A stretch of DNA of 64,000 bases from Patescibacteria group bacterium (GTDB lineage Bacteria; Patescibacteriota; Microgenomatia; UBA1400; PJMF01): contig JBGTEY010000011.1 of the NCBI GenBank assembly GCA_041747555.1, positions 12,696 through 76,695 on the forward strand, in the 5' to 3' direction. The number at the start of each line of letters is the position of its first letter. Within the stretch, counting starts at the first letter, position 1. The position numbers and the translations under genes were made by a program. Positions 19,501-27,665 of the stretch are shown piece after piece. The notes under the pieces were generated by a model, which searched no databases, had not been told where the DNA came from, and worked only from the letters and a program-made list of their open reading frames with translations.

Positions 19501-19973
19501 CAATTGCTCCAGGTGAAAAGAAAGTACTTTTCGTAAATGGTGATCTAACTTTCCAGGGACCAGGGCACACCAGCAATCGCATGATTCGCGTAGATACCCA
19601 AATTGGTGGCGGTTCAGGTTTTATAGCGTTTATCGCCTCTGGAGATATCACTTTTGACGAAAATGTTGGACATCCTAATTATGCTCAAGAAACTCCCAGC
19701 AATATCGATGGTTTATTTGTCGCTGATGGACAGATCATTATTGAAGGAGCTGCCGATGCTAATGTCAGCGACCGCAAGTTCCTTGGGGCAGGCACATTTG
19801 TAGGCTGGAGTGGTTTTGATATGCAGCGCGATTTTGCCAATGACGCAGATCCACTCTCACGAGCGCTCAATAACCTTGATCCAACCGAAAGTTTTGAATT
19901 CCTACCAGGCTTAACTAGGCATATTCCAGATAAAATGAAAACACCTGTCATTGAATGGCAGGAAGTCAACTAG
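16500..19973 (+). CDS. Large Cys-rich secreted protein with FN3-like domain; putative pilus-associated adhesin
   Basis: Signal/TM, dozens of Cys, ITWTPP..VDSYEI (FN3-like), C-terminal repeated GDLT/GDIT strands ending WQEVN; abuts a prepilin gene. Confidence 0.7.
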   Translation: MTKRGIFNLLGLILIVFSVIFFYQTRVVQVADAVQGWAPGNCGWTLSVVQWSCNTNTDRCYEWESGETPRWYCDATSVGYTTEALCNDSCTGNCEYTCLNGWARHCVISDTDVGCDHPNENTCTADVYAVQCSSLAGGDDCSTSTEPIDVRQCWVGNGPPPPDDPPPGGGGCDGNWWGCGAGSCLEPFDNQSACETSTGGSCQCGSCPAACTSSTGRRAIFLFEDTNENGAWDHAAGELRISTTSSCVASNAQYVAGAQILVDGEARFESCNVGNSEFTGAVCTWDDPVPPATQCNDGDDNGFTVGPCERWGPENNGVNSTCFTQHSCGGGCHYSGDGCNGAVPEAGVICDSGNCSGSGDLKSGSYLIMPRDTGNHTVGATVPAGWRISNGMSGNPITVNWSRTNGSCEGGPVGIGLVRDTNTSCYVSPSSTTVAGGTGSVSVRLWGSTDATTTHTARLWLQTKNPNTTAPTALQMNPIPALTTQFLNSGRYSYQYTGAACTTSNGTSCTTLTDVTGLPQGSYYFHCDVVQGTSAPFAPECSGNPSCLYEGLGGLVDCAANGWQSCLPSSATPTDNAPLTATCVPSCTPACGGPDGCGGTCASTDLGMPSSVQNLAPTGNYTVTSTTVPITWTPPATNAALVDSYEIKVFAGILPINENAITNRPCNNTPGGAVCASVSNTITSWNYAPQVAKSRNINIAVRPRNLSCSNQSAPWVVTNVTLQGEITGNFYIDNGNAAIVGGFCRNGGTQPASVQTGTNIVTTMNSNPVGSSSIGASTYTISAVPYTPTSAWGPLGIMTLTLDNPDAENTLACACPVPGSDPFVCQYGGVAAPRLGPNAPVNWYLDLYDLSNDPWWQTRGGLAYARTGVLSTDIPRPCVDENNPAVCVPYMITREVSNGLAVSAGVPMTGGGAILSGTDAPGYFTDRNPQPRAQGTDHSGIVQEDYAFFSSLYNLSQVAQVASSNLVNKDSLPAPVNPDADGTEVYYRNGDLTITPTEIWAIAPGEKKVLFVNGDLTFQGPGHTSNRMIRVDTQIGGGSGFIAFIASGDITFDENVGHPNYAQETPSNIDGLFVADGQIIIEGAADANVSDRKFLGAGTFVGWSGFDMQRDFANDADPLSRALNNLDPTESFEFLPGLTRHIPDKMKTPVIEWQEVN

Positions 19974-19980
19974 TCACGCC

Positions 19981-20502
19981 ATGAAATACTTCGCAAAACT
20001 CTTGCTGAGACACAAAAAAACACCTCAAAAAGGTTTCACACTCATAGAATTGCTGGTGGTAACCTCACTCCTCGTGTTTTTACTCGTCTCAATATCTAGT
20101 CTCTTCATGACATTTCTCCTGAGTGGCTCGAGGCTTAATACACGTAATCTGGTCAAGGCAGAGGGTAGACACGCGCTTAATCAAATGGAATTTATGCTCA
20201 GAAATGCACTTGAAATTACCACCAACAGCAGTAATCAAGTCTGCCAAACGGGTATGAATCGTATTGCCTTACGCTCATCAGACGGTCGTATCACGGAATT
20301 CAGAGTTCAAAATGGAAAAATAGCATCAAATTCCGCAAGTTTAACATCAGAAACGGTCCAGATCTCAAGTGGCCCCACGTTTGATTGTGAAGAGGGGGTT
20401 ACGGGTCAGGGATATGTTCGAATTTCCTTTGAATTAACAAAATCAGTTCCCGACGCAGTCGTCACCGAACGATTTAGCAGCATTGTTGGCTTGAGAAACT
20501 AA
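19981..20502 (+). CDS. PilW/PulJ-like minor pilin
   Basis: KG|FTLIELLVV class III signal; ..MEFMLRNA. Confidence 0.85.
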   Translation: MKYFAKLLLRHKKTPQKGFTLIELLVVTSLLVFLLVSISSLFMTFLLSGSRLNTRNLVKAEGRHALNQMEFMLRNALEITTNSSNQVCQTGMNRIALRSSDGRITEFRVQNGKIASNSASLTSETVQISSGPTFDCEEGVTGQGYVRISFELTKSVPDAVVTERFSSIVGLRN

Positions 20503-20536
20503 GACTAAAAGTTCAGTGCAAACTCTGCAAACGTTA

Positions 20537-21013
20537 TCAATTCCACCGAGTAAATTCTTGCACCAACACCACGGTTCTATCATCGCTAGAAGTCCTAAAC
20601 CAACTCACGGTCACTTCAACACGCACCACATCGGTATCAGGAAAAGTTATATATGCTTCACGCGAAAAATCTTGCCCAGACGCGTCAATATTCATCGGAC
20701 AATTTGCTTGCGCAGGCATATCTCCAAGAGAGAAGGCATCTTCTGGAACACAAAAGTTTTGTCCATTAGAAAAACTAGACTGAAATGTGCCAAATCCAAG
20801 TAAGCCTCGCTCTTTTCTAAAAATATCTATTGCTTCTTGAGCGAGCGTCGTTGCAACTTCTCGATAGCGAGCCTCAGCTTGATTTTTGATTGAATACGTC
20901 ATCCCAGAAGCAATTGCAGTTACAACAAGAGCCATGACCATCGTTGCTACTAATAATTCGACTATCGTAGACCCTCGCTGGAGATTTTTTCTCAACCATG
21001 CGTATTTTTTCAT
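20537..21013 (-). CDS. PilV-like minor pilin
   Basis: RG|STIVELLVA; ATTLAQEAID; VEVTVSW. Confidence 0.85.
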   Translation of the reverse strand: MKKYAWLRKNLQRGSTIVELLVATMVMALVVTAIASGMTYSIKNQAEARYREVATTLAQEAIDIFRKERGLLGFGTFQSSFSNGQNFCVPEDAFSLGDMPAQANCPMNIDASGQDFSREAYITFPDTDVVRVEVTVSWFRTSSDDRTVVLVQEFTRWN

Positions 21014-21606
21014 AACCAATCTCCCTCAGTAATCTCGCCACCTTCTCGGATCATAAATTGCCATTCTCGGTCAAAACCTTGTACAGTTATTGTCCTTGTA
21101 GAATTGTTGGTACCTACAAACTGCACACCGCCGTATAACGACCAAAATCGAACGTCTAGATCACCATTGTCTGTAGTTATGGTAACGGTGCTGGGAAGCT
21201 GATATTCGCGAACTGCGCCCCTCACAACGTCTAATTCACTATCCTGCTGCACCCGACCACAACTGGCGTAGAGCTGTACAGTCGGACCAGGAACACCTGC
21301 GGGCGCGGTTACTCTCCAACCTTGTAAGGGGAGTCCCGCTGCGGGATCACATTCTGGTGGTGTCTCTCGTACTCGGGCTTTGGTTTGGGCAGAGCGGAGA
21401 ATGGTTTGGAGTTCTTTGTTGGCAGTAGCCACAGTTTGACGGTCATTAAAGGTGATAAATGAAGCGATGCCGCCGCCTACAACCACGAGTAAAATACTTA
21501 CCGTAATCATCAGCTCGATAAATGAAAATCCACGATTTCCATGAACTACACGCTTTTCACAATTTTCATGCATTCCACGAAAGGGTAAAAGTGATTTGTT
21601 GATCAT
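21010..21606 (-). CDS. FimT/GspH-like minor pilin
   Basis: RG|FSFIELMI; LRSAQTKA. Confidence 0.85.
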   Translation of the reverse strand: MINKSLLPFRGMHENCEKRVVHGNRGFSFIELMITVSILLVVVGGGIASFITFNDRQTVATANKELQTILRSAQTKARVRETPPECDPAAGLPLQGWRVTAPAGVPGPTVQLYASCGRVQQDSELDVVRGAVREYQLPSTVTITTDNGDLDVRFWSLYGGVQFVGTNNSTRTITVQGFDREWQFMIREGGEITEGDWL

Positions 21607-21618
21607 GTCTGCTCACAG

Positions 21619-22089
21619 TTATGGCTGGGTGACACAATAGAAGTTCCCGGTCCCAAAATTACAGTTATTATTGGTGGAATTACCCATGTTTGTTCCTTCC
21701 AATTGAGCACAAAGACAGAAGCCAGTGGTGCCTGTTGGGACGTACCGATAGTCTTGCGTTGGGGTTTGCGGATCCTGAGGAACTGGTTGACTGAGGTAAT
21801 TATCTCCCGTGAGAACACCAGTTATTGCACCGTAATTGCCACCAGGAGGATATGCGCCCTCATCTGCTCGATAGAGCACAATTGCTTGCCTGACTGTTTC
21901 CATATCAGTTTTGCGCTTGCCATTTCTGGCATTTCTTCCAGCATTCGTGAAGCTGACCATGCCAATTGCAGCTAGAATTATGATGATAGTGGCAACAACG
22001 AGGAGTTCAATGAGTGAAAATCCACGTTTTTTCGATAAAACATGCCGAGCGCCAAAGTCAGAAAAGATTGATTTATCCGTTATTTTCAT
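21619..22089 (-). CDS. Type IV pilin (GspG-like)
   Basis: RG|FSLIELLVV; ARNGKRKTD; VPQDP; C-terminal Cys. Confidence 0.88.
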   Translation of the reverse strand: MKITDKSIFSDFGARHVLSKKRGFSLIELLVVATIIIILAAIGMVSFTNAGRNARNGKRKTDMETVRQAIVLYRADEGAYPPGGNYGAITGVLTGDNYLSQPVPQDPQTPTQDYRYVPTGTTGFCLCAQLEGTNMGNSTNNNCNFGTGNFYCVTQP

Positions 22090-22121
22090 AATATTGGCCT
22101 GCGAATGTGTCAAAGTGTCAG

Positions 22122-22610
22122 CTACTGTAGATTCTTGACACAAAAGCGAGTTGTTCCAGTGGTAAAAGTACATCCAGTTCCTGTGCAAGCACAACTATTG
22201 CAGTTACCGTTTCCAGCCTCCATAACTGCTGAAACACAATATCCACCAGTTGCATTATAGGCACAGGTGTACGTTGAATCGGGTGCTCTAGGATCAGCAG
22301 GAAATACATCGAGTACTCCAGCTGATTGCAGTTGCGAACCACTACATCCGCTAATACTTGCATATGTTGAATTATTCGCGGTGTAGTAAATTTCCTGCGC
22401 AGTTTGAATTGCCTTCAAATCACCAGATCGCCTGGCGTCACGAGCTTTCCTCTGGGCAGTGGTAAAACCAGCCACACCCATTGCTACCAAAATTGAAATG
22501 ATCGAGATAACAACCAGCAACTCAAGGAGAGAGAAACCAGATTTCCGTGAAGTTCGGAACCGAGCATCACCATGTATATATGTTTCAATCGATTTAAATA
22601 ATTTTTTCAT
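22122..22610 (-). CDS. Type IV pilin (GspG-like), Cys-rich C-terminus
   Basis: SG|FSLLELLVV; ARDARRSGD; AAGGAG RBS. Confidence 0.9.
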   Translation of the reverse strand: MKKLFKSIETYIHGDARFRTSRKSGFSLLELLVVISIISILVAMGVAGFTTAQRKARDARRSGDLKAIQTAQEIYYTANNSTYASISGCSGSQLQSAGVLDVFPADPRAPDSTYTCAYNATGGYCVSAVMEAGNGNCNSCACTGTGCTFTTGTTRFCVKNLQ

Positions 22611-22668
22611 AGCACTCCTTATAGTTCTATACTAGTATGAAGCACGCCTAGTGCGCAAGTCATACTTT

Positions 22669-23640
22669 TTATTGCGAAGTCGATCCCGTCTGGTTATTTA
22701 CAATTACGATCATCGTACTCACAGGTGTATCAGCTGATTCAATACCCCAATTGTCTTTGAGGCTAATTCGTACATTGTACTCACACTGAGTAGTTTCGCA
22801 GGTAAATTTATGATTGACTGCTTTGGCGGTTGCCCTGACCTGTTCGGTTGCACCGTCACCAAAGTCAAGCGTCGCGGTAACACTACTTGCCTGACCCTCA
22901 TCTGCAACATACACAAATTCAACTGTCGCACCAGAGGCAATTTCAATCGTTCTGGTCTTTAGATCAAAAAATGGATTACTGGTAAATGACAAAATGACTG
23001 GACGAGATACGCACGCTGAGTAGCATGATTTTTCACAATCAGTAGTACCTACCAAACGATCGCCAACACCTATGTGCGATACATCCTGACAGCATTCATA
23101 GCCATAGCCAGTACAGCTCGTGATCGGTCCGCTCTCGACACTAGGTAATTCTTCGCCCTCATGCAAGATTCTGTTATCAATCAGCAGAGTTCTGCTGCGG
23201 CTGACCCACTTACCGTGGTTAAAAAGAAACGCATTCAATTGCTGTTCTAGTTGGCCAAAAACTTTAATTTCGATGCCACTTTTGCTTGTATTCCAGAGGA
23301 ATCCTGATCTACCTGGAGCTTTTTCCACGAAAGGAGGGAGTTGTTGTCGTTCAATTAGAATTGGGTCGCGTGAATTCTGACTGCACAATGCCTCAAGCAC
23401 ATACTCTGTAGAAGAAAGAAATCTGAGTTGCAAAAATTCCTGCCCACCAGAAGAAAGTCCTCGACGTCGACACTCAATCTCATAACTACCTTGATTGCTT
23501 GCCCTTTGTAACTGCTGCAAAGACTGCTTAACGGTTGATATTCCCCAGTAAAGTAGTCCTTCGCGTGCCACAAAAAAACCAGTAATGGCAATTACAATAA
23601 CAATTGACAACCACAAAAATAAGTACCGCAAAACACGCAT
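22669..23640 (-). CDS. Membrane-anchored protein with Cys cluster and C-terminal PKD-like domain
   Basis: N-terminal TM; LDFGDG...H.F...Y.V PKD motif. Confidence 0.7.
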   Translation of the reverse strand: MRVLRYLFLWLSIVIVIAITGFFVAREGLLYWGISTVKQSLQQLQRASNQGSYEIECRRRGLSSGGQEFLQLRFLSSTEYVLEALCSQNSRDPILIERQQLPPFVEKAPGRSGFLWNTSKSGIEIKVFGQLEQQLNAFLFNHGKWVSRSRTLLIDNRILHEGEELPSVESGPITSCTGYGYECCQDVSHIGVGDRLVGTTDCEKSCYSACVSRPVILSFTSNPFFDLKTRTIEIASGATVEFVYVADEGQASSVTATLDFGDGATEQVRATAKAVNHKFTCETTQCEYNVRISLKDNWGIESADTPVSTMIVIVNNQTGSTSQ

Positions 23641-23698
23641 ACATCCATAGTAACCAATCAATCAATCGACGTACAGTAACAGTCTGAAAAAATCGTAT

Positions 23699-24529
23699 TT
23701 ACCTCAAGAGCTGGAGATACCATTCCCACAAAACCAATCCATGAGTCATGCTCAACAAAAAACCCACAATCAGAAACGGACCAAATGGAATTGGTTGTCG
23801 CCATTGTCTTTTTTTAGAAGCAATCAGAAATACACCAACCACTGCGCCGATCAAAAAGGCCAAAAACAGTCCCACCAGCGCCTGCGGCCAGCCTGCCACT
23901 AGGCCAAGTGGGATCATTAATTTTACATCACCAAACCCCAAACCTTTACCTTTCGTCCCTGCCCAAAGCAAAAACATACCTGTAGTAAGGCCCAAGGTGA
24001 TTGCGATTGTTGCTATGAAGTTTGTCGCGGGTGCTCCCAAACCGTATGTTGTCACCTGGTAGAGCAGAGTAAGTATGGTTAACAGAATAATAGATCCATC
24101 GGGAATAATCAGATATTTCAGGTCAACAAGCGTAATGTACGTGAGCGTCAAAAACACAATAAGCCAATATAGTGCTGTTATCGTCAATAGCAGGTTGGAA
24201 AACGACAACACGCCCATTGCAACAAGTGCGAACCAGATCAGAAATACTGCGCCAAATGCAATTTCTGAGACCAAATGTGTCTGCGTTATGGGCTTTTTAC
24301 AAAACCTGCATGTACCCTTGAGGAACAAAAATGAAAGTACCGGAACCATATCAAACCACTTGAGTAATTTATGGCAGTGATCACAAGCAGATCTGCCGGT
24401 GACCCATAACTTTCCCTCGGCGCCTCTAGTAGCCATGACATGCAAAAAACTGCCAATCACAGCTCCAAACAAAAACAAAAAAAATCCACCAAGTAATGTA
24501 CTTATAGTTTCTAGGAGTGTATTACTCAT
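23699..24529 (-). CDS. pilD: Prepilin peptidase (A24)
   Basis: IGSFL, RSACDHC, CRFC, GFGDVKL, IPFGPFL. Confidence 0.95.
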   Translation of the reverse strand: MSNTLLETISTLLGGFFLFLFGAVIGSFLHVMATRGAEGKLWVTGRSACDHCHKLLKWFDMVPVLSFLFLKGTCRFCKKPITQTHLVSEIAFGAVFLIWFALVAMGVLSFSNLLLTITALYWLIVFLTLTYITLVDLKYLIIPDGSIILLTILTLLYQVTTYGLGAPATNFIATIAITLGLTTGMFLLWAGTKGKGLGFGDVKLMIPLGLVAGWPQALVGLFLAFLIGAVVGVFLIASKKRQWRQPIPFGPFLIVGFLLSMTHGLVLWEWYLQLLR

Positions 24530-24540
24530 GAGGACCTACC

Positions 24541-24570
24541 AAAAGCCCTGAGCTCTTGCGAACCCAGGGC
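24541..24570 (-). terminator. Intrinsic terminator after the probable major pilin gene
   Basis: GCCCUGGGUUC-GCAA-GAGCUCAGGGC-UUUU. Confidence 0.7.
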
Positions 24571-24590
24571 ATATATATTTCTAATTTTGT

Positions 24591-25223
24591 TTAAGGAATG
24601 CAAACGCATTTTCCTTCTACACCACACTCTGTAGTGTTATCAATTGCGCTAGGCGGGTAGTCAGCTGGTACATTATCAAGCGTTCCATCTAAGTTCTGAT
24701 CAAGCCTTTGCTCAACTTCAGTGATAAATGCTTGGGATGATGGCGCGAAGCAAACATACGTACTGTCTCCCTGACTCCCTCGATTGTATACGAAGAGGGG
24801 ATTGCGAGATGAGGCAAAGACTCTATTAAAGAAACTAACCTTTACTTCATCTGTACCAATACAGTTACCAGTTGTGGCTTCACTCAGTTTTTCGTAGACA
24901 GGGCAAGCAGAATCATCAGCGGTAGCGTCAGTGAACTCTTGCCAAAGAATACCAGCGTTAGCGGTATCTCCCGGACCAGTTTGCCAAGGATACGCGCCTT
25001 GAAATGCTTGATATCGCTCAAACGCGCCAAGCAGTTGTTCAGCATCAGATCGATACCCCGTATCTCGACCACGATTAATTTGCTCAATCGGATTGAGTGC
25101 AGACAGCACCGCTACTGCCAAGATTCCAAGAATGGCGATAACAATTAAGAGTTCGATCATCGTGAAACCAGCCGCATTTTTGGCGGCAGATTTAATTGCT
25201 AGAAGGGCAGAGCGAATTGACAT
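24591..25223 (-). CDS. Type IV pilin, probable major pilin
   Basis: AG|FTMIELLIVIAILGILA; AAGGAG RBS; own terminator. Confidence 0.88.
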   Translation of the reverse strand: MSIRSALLAIKSAAKNAAGFTMIELLIVIAILGILAVAVLSALNPIEQINRGRDTGYRSDAEQLLGAFERYQAFQGAYPWQTGPGDTANAGILWQEFTDATADDSACPVYEKLSEATTGNCIGTDEVKVSFFNRVFASSRNPLFVYNRGSQGDSTYVCFAPSSQAFITEVEQRLDQNLDGTLDNVPADYPPSAIDNTTECGVEGKCVCIP

Positions 25224-25366
25224 AATCTCCTTTGTCCTACGGGACATCAAGTGTGTTTTAAACTTACAATTACTCTATACTAAAAAACAACCTTTCTGCA
25301 AGTAGCATCTGGGAGGACTGCCCAAATTGCTATGCAAACTCTCGATCTCAACACGATTTGTCTCAA

Positions 25367-26572
25367 TTAGAATTGTGAGGTGAGATTGTAGATTGGCATA
25401 ATTATTGCGATCACCATTGCACCTACACCAATTCCAAGTACGACCATAATAAGTGGCTCGATCGCAGTAGTCATATTCTTAACTGCATGCTCAGTTTCAG
25501 ACTCGAAATACTCTGATAGCTTTTTGAGAACGCTATCGAGCTTGCCTGTTTCTTCACCAACCTTAATCATTTGGTGCAAAATCGGGGGGAAAATATCATC
25601 ATAGTGACTGAGTGCTTGTGAAAGAGAAACGCCTTTTTCGACCTGATCAGTGGCTTTCTGCAGAGCATCACGATACACAATATTCTCGACACCATCAGTC
25701 ACAATCTGCAATGCCTGTAACAAAGAAATGCCCGCGCCAAGTAATAGTGAAAGTGTTCGAGAAAATTCAGTGAGGATAACTTTTTGAGTTAACACACCAA
25801 CAACTGGGAGTCGCATCACAAATTTATCCACTACCAACTGTCCTGCCTCAGTTTTGTACCATCTGCGCACACCAAATACGCCTCCCACAATCGCAATTGC
25901 CACAAACCACCATGCACGGACCATAAAATCCGAGATTGCAATCAGTACTCGAGTAGCAAGCGGTAAATCGGCGCCAAAATCACGATACATTTCAGTCAGC
26001 TTTGGAATAACAAAAATCATCATAATCGCACCAACAACCAGCATCGCGATGATAACAATGACCGGATAGATGAGAGCGCCCTTGGTTTTGGCCCGAAAAT
26101 CTTTTTGCTTTTCCATATTTTCTGCTAACCGCTCAAGAATATTGTCCAAAACTCCGCCTGCTTCGCCGGCAAACACCAATTGAATGTAAATTCGTGAAAA
26201 ATATTCTTTTTGTTTATCGAGTGCTTTGGCAAATGATGTACCACCTTCAACCTCTTGAAGAAGTCCCGAAACCATCTTAGACATCTCGGGTTTGCCCTGC
26301 TGCACGAGAATGGAGAGTGCAGAGGACAATGGCAACCCTGCAGTAATCATGGTCGAAAGTTGCCGAGTAAAGTTGACAATATCGTCTATTTTTATTCCAA
26401 AAAATTTCGATTTAAAAAACTGCAACGAATCCTCAACCAAAGGATTAAGCGTTATAACTAGCAAATCTCTTGAGGTAAGAAGCGACGCAGCTTGTTCAAT
26501 AGTCTGAGCCTCGACCTTTCCCTTCACCGTCTCTGAAAATTTATTTTTGGCAGTGTATTTAAAGAATGCCAT
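25367..26572 (-). CDS. pilC: Type IV pilus platform protein (T2SS-F family)
   Basis: FTRQLSTMITAGLPL; GEAGG; GEETGKLD; IEP. Confidence 0.95.
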   Translation of the reverse strand: MAFFKYTAKNKFSETVKGKVEAQTIEQAASLLTSRDLLVITLNPLVEDSLQFFKSKFFGIKIDDIVNFTRQLSTMITAGLPLSSALSILVQQGKPEMSKMVSGLLQEVEGGTSFAKALDKQKEYFSRIYIQLVFAGEAGGVLDNILERLAENMEKQKDFRAKTKGALIYPVIVIIAMLVVGAIMMIFVIPKLTEMYRDFGADLPLATRVLIAISDFMVRAWWFVAIAIVGGVFGVRRWYKTEAGQLVVDKFVMRLPVVGVLTQKVILTEFSRTLSLLLGAGISLLQALQIVTDGVENIVYRDALQKATDQVEKGVSLSQALSHYDDIFPPILHQMIKVGEETGKLDSVLKKLSEYFESETEHAVKNMTTAIEPLIMVVLGIGVGAMVIAIIMPIYNLTSQF

Positions 26573-26575
26573 AGT

Positions 26576-27640
26576 TTATTGGCTTGTGCCTCCCATTAAA
26601 CGCTCGATTGCTTCTGGCCTAAAGGCATTAGTTTTGGCAACCTCGGCGGTAATGACGCCTTGGTTGGTGAGGGTAACAAGATGTGACTCCATAAGCTGCA
26701 TGCCGACGTCAGCAGAAGTTTGAATAACGTTGTCAATTTGATGCGTCTTTGCCTCCCGAATTAAGTTTCGGATAGCTGGATTCGCAACCATAATCTCAAG
26801 TGCAGCAACACGACCACCACTAGTATTAGGCAGCAATCGCTGTGAAGCAATTATTTTGACGGTAGCGGCTAACTGCTGGCGAATTTGACCTTGTTGATGA
26901 CCAGGGAACACATCAATGATACGGTCGATAGTCTGGGCTGCAGTTGCGGTATGCAGCGTTGCAAACACCAAATGTCCCGTTTCTGCTATTGTAATAGCTG
27001 CCGCAATTGTTTCGTAGTCGCGCATTTCACCAATCAGAACAATATTCGGGTCTTCACGCAGGACTGACTTGAGGGCAACTTCCCAACCATGGGTATCATG
27101 ATTAACCTCGCGTTGCGAAATAATACTTCTTTTTGGCTTGTACATGAATTCGATAGGATCTTCGATGGTGACGATGTGCTCAGCACGACTCGTGTTGATT
27201 TCATCAATAAGCGCAGCCAAACTAGTAGATTTTCCCTCGCCAGTAGGACCAGTGATCAGAATAAGGCCTTGATTAAACTTAGTAAAATCGTGAAAAATTG
27301 GTGGGAGCTGCAACTCATCAACCGTCTTGATTCTGGTTGGGATCAACCGAAGTGCAGCAGCCATCGTACCTTGTGCATGGTAGACATTAACACGAAATCG
27401 ACCTTTATCCTGATATTGATAACCAAGGTCCAATTCTTTGTTGACGCGGACATAATCGGCTTGCTCTTGAGTGAGGAGGGGAATAATGAGCGCTTCACTC
27501 TGCTCAGCATTCAACACTGGGGCGCCAGGTACAGGTTCAAGAACACCATGCACGCGTGTCATCGGGGGAGAACCCACCACTATATGAATGTCAGACCCCT
27601 CTGCAACGACAAGCTGCTCTAAAATATCATGTATGTTCAT
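26576..27640 (-). CDS. pilT: Retraction ATPase PilT
   Basis: GPTGEGKST, TIEDPIE, LREDP, ATLHT, AIRNLIRE. Confidence 0.97.
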   Translation of the reverse strand: MNIHDILEQLVVAEGSDIHIVVGSPPMTRVHGVLEPVPGAPVLNAEQSEALIIPLLTQEQADYVRVNKELDLGYQYQDKGRFRVNVYHAQGTMAAALRLIPTRIKTVDELQLPPIFHDFTKFNQGLILITGPTGEGKSTSLAALIDEINTSRAEHIVTIEDPIEFMYKPKRSIISQREVNHDTHGWEVALKSVLREDPNIVLIGEMRDYETIAAAITIAETGHLVFATLHTATAAQTIDRIIDVFPGHQQGQIRQQLAATVKIIASQRLLPNTSGGRVAALEIMVANPAIRNLIREAKTHQIDNVIQTSADVGMQLMESHLVTLTNQGVITAEVAKTNAFRPEAIERLMGGTSQ

Positions 27641-27665
27641 ACCAACTCCTTATATTCCTCAAACC

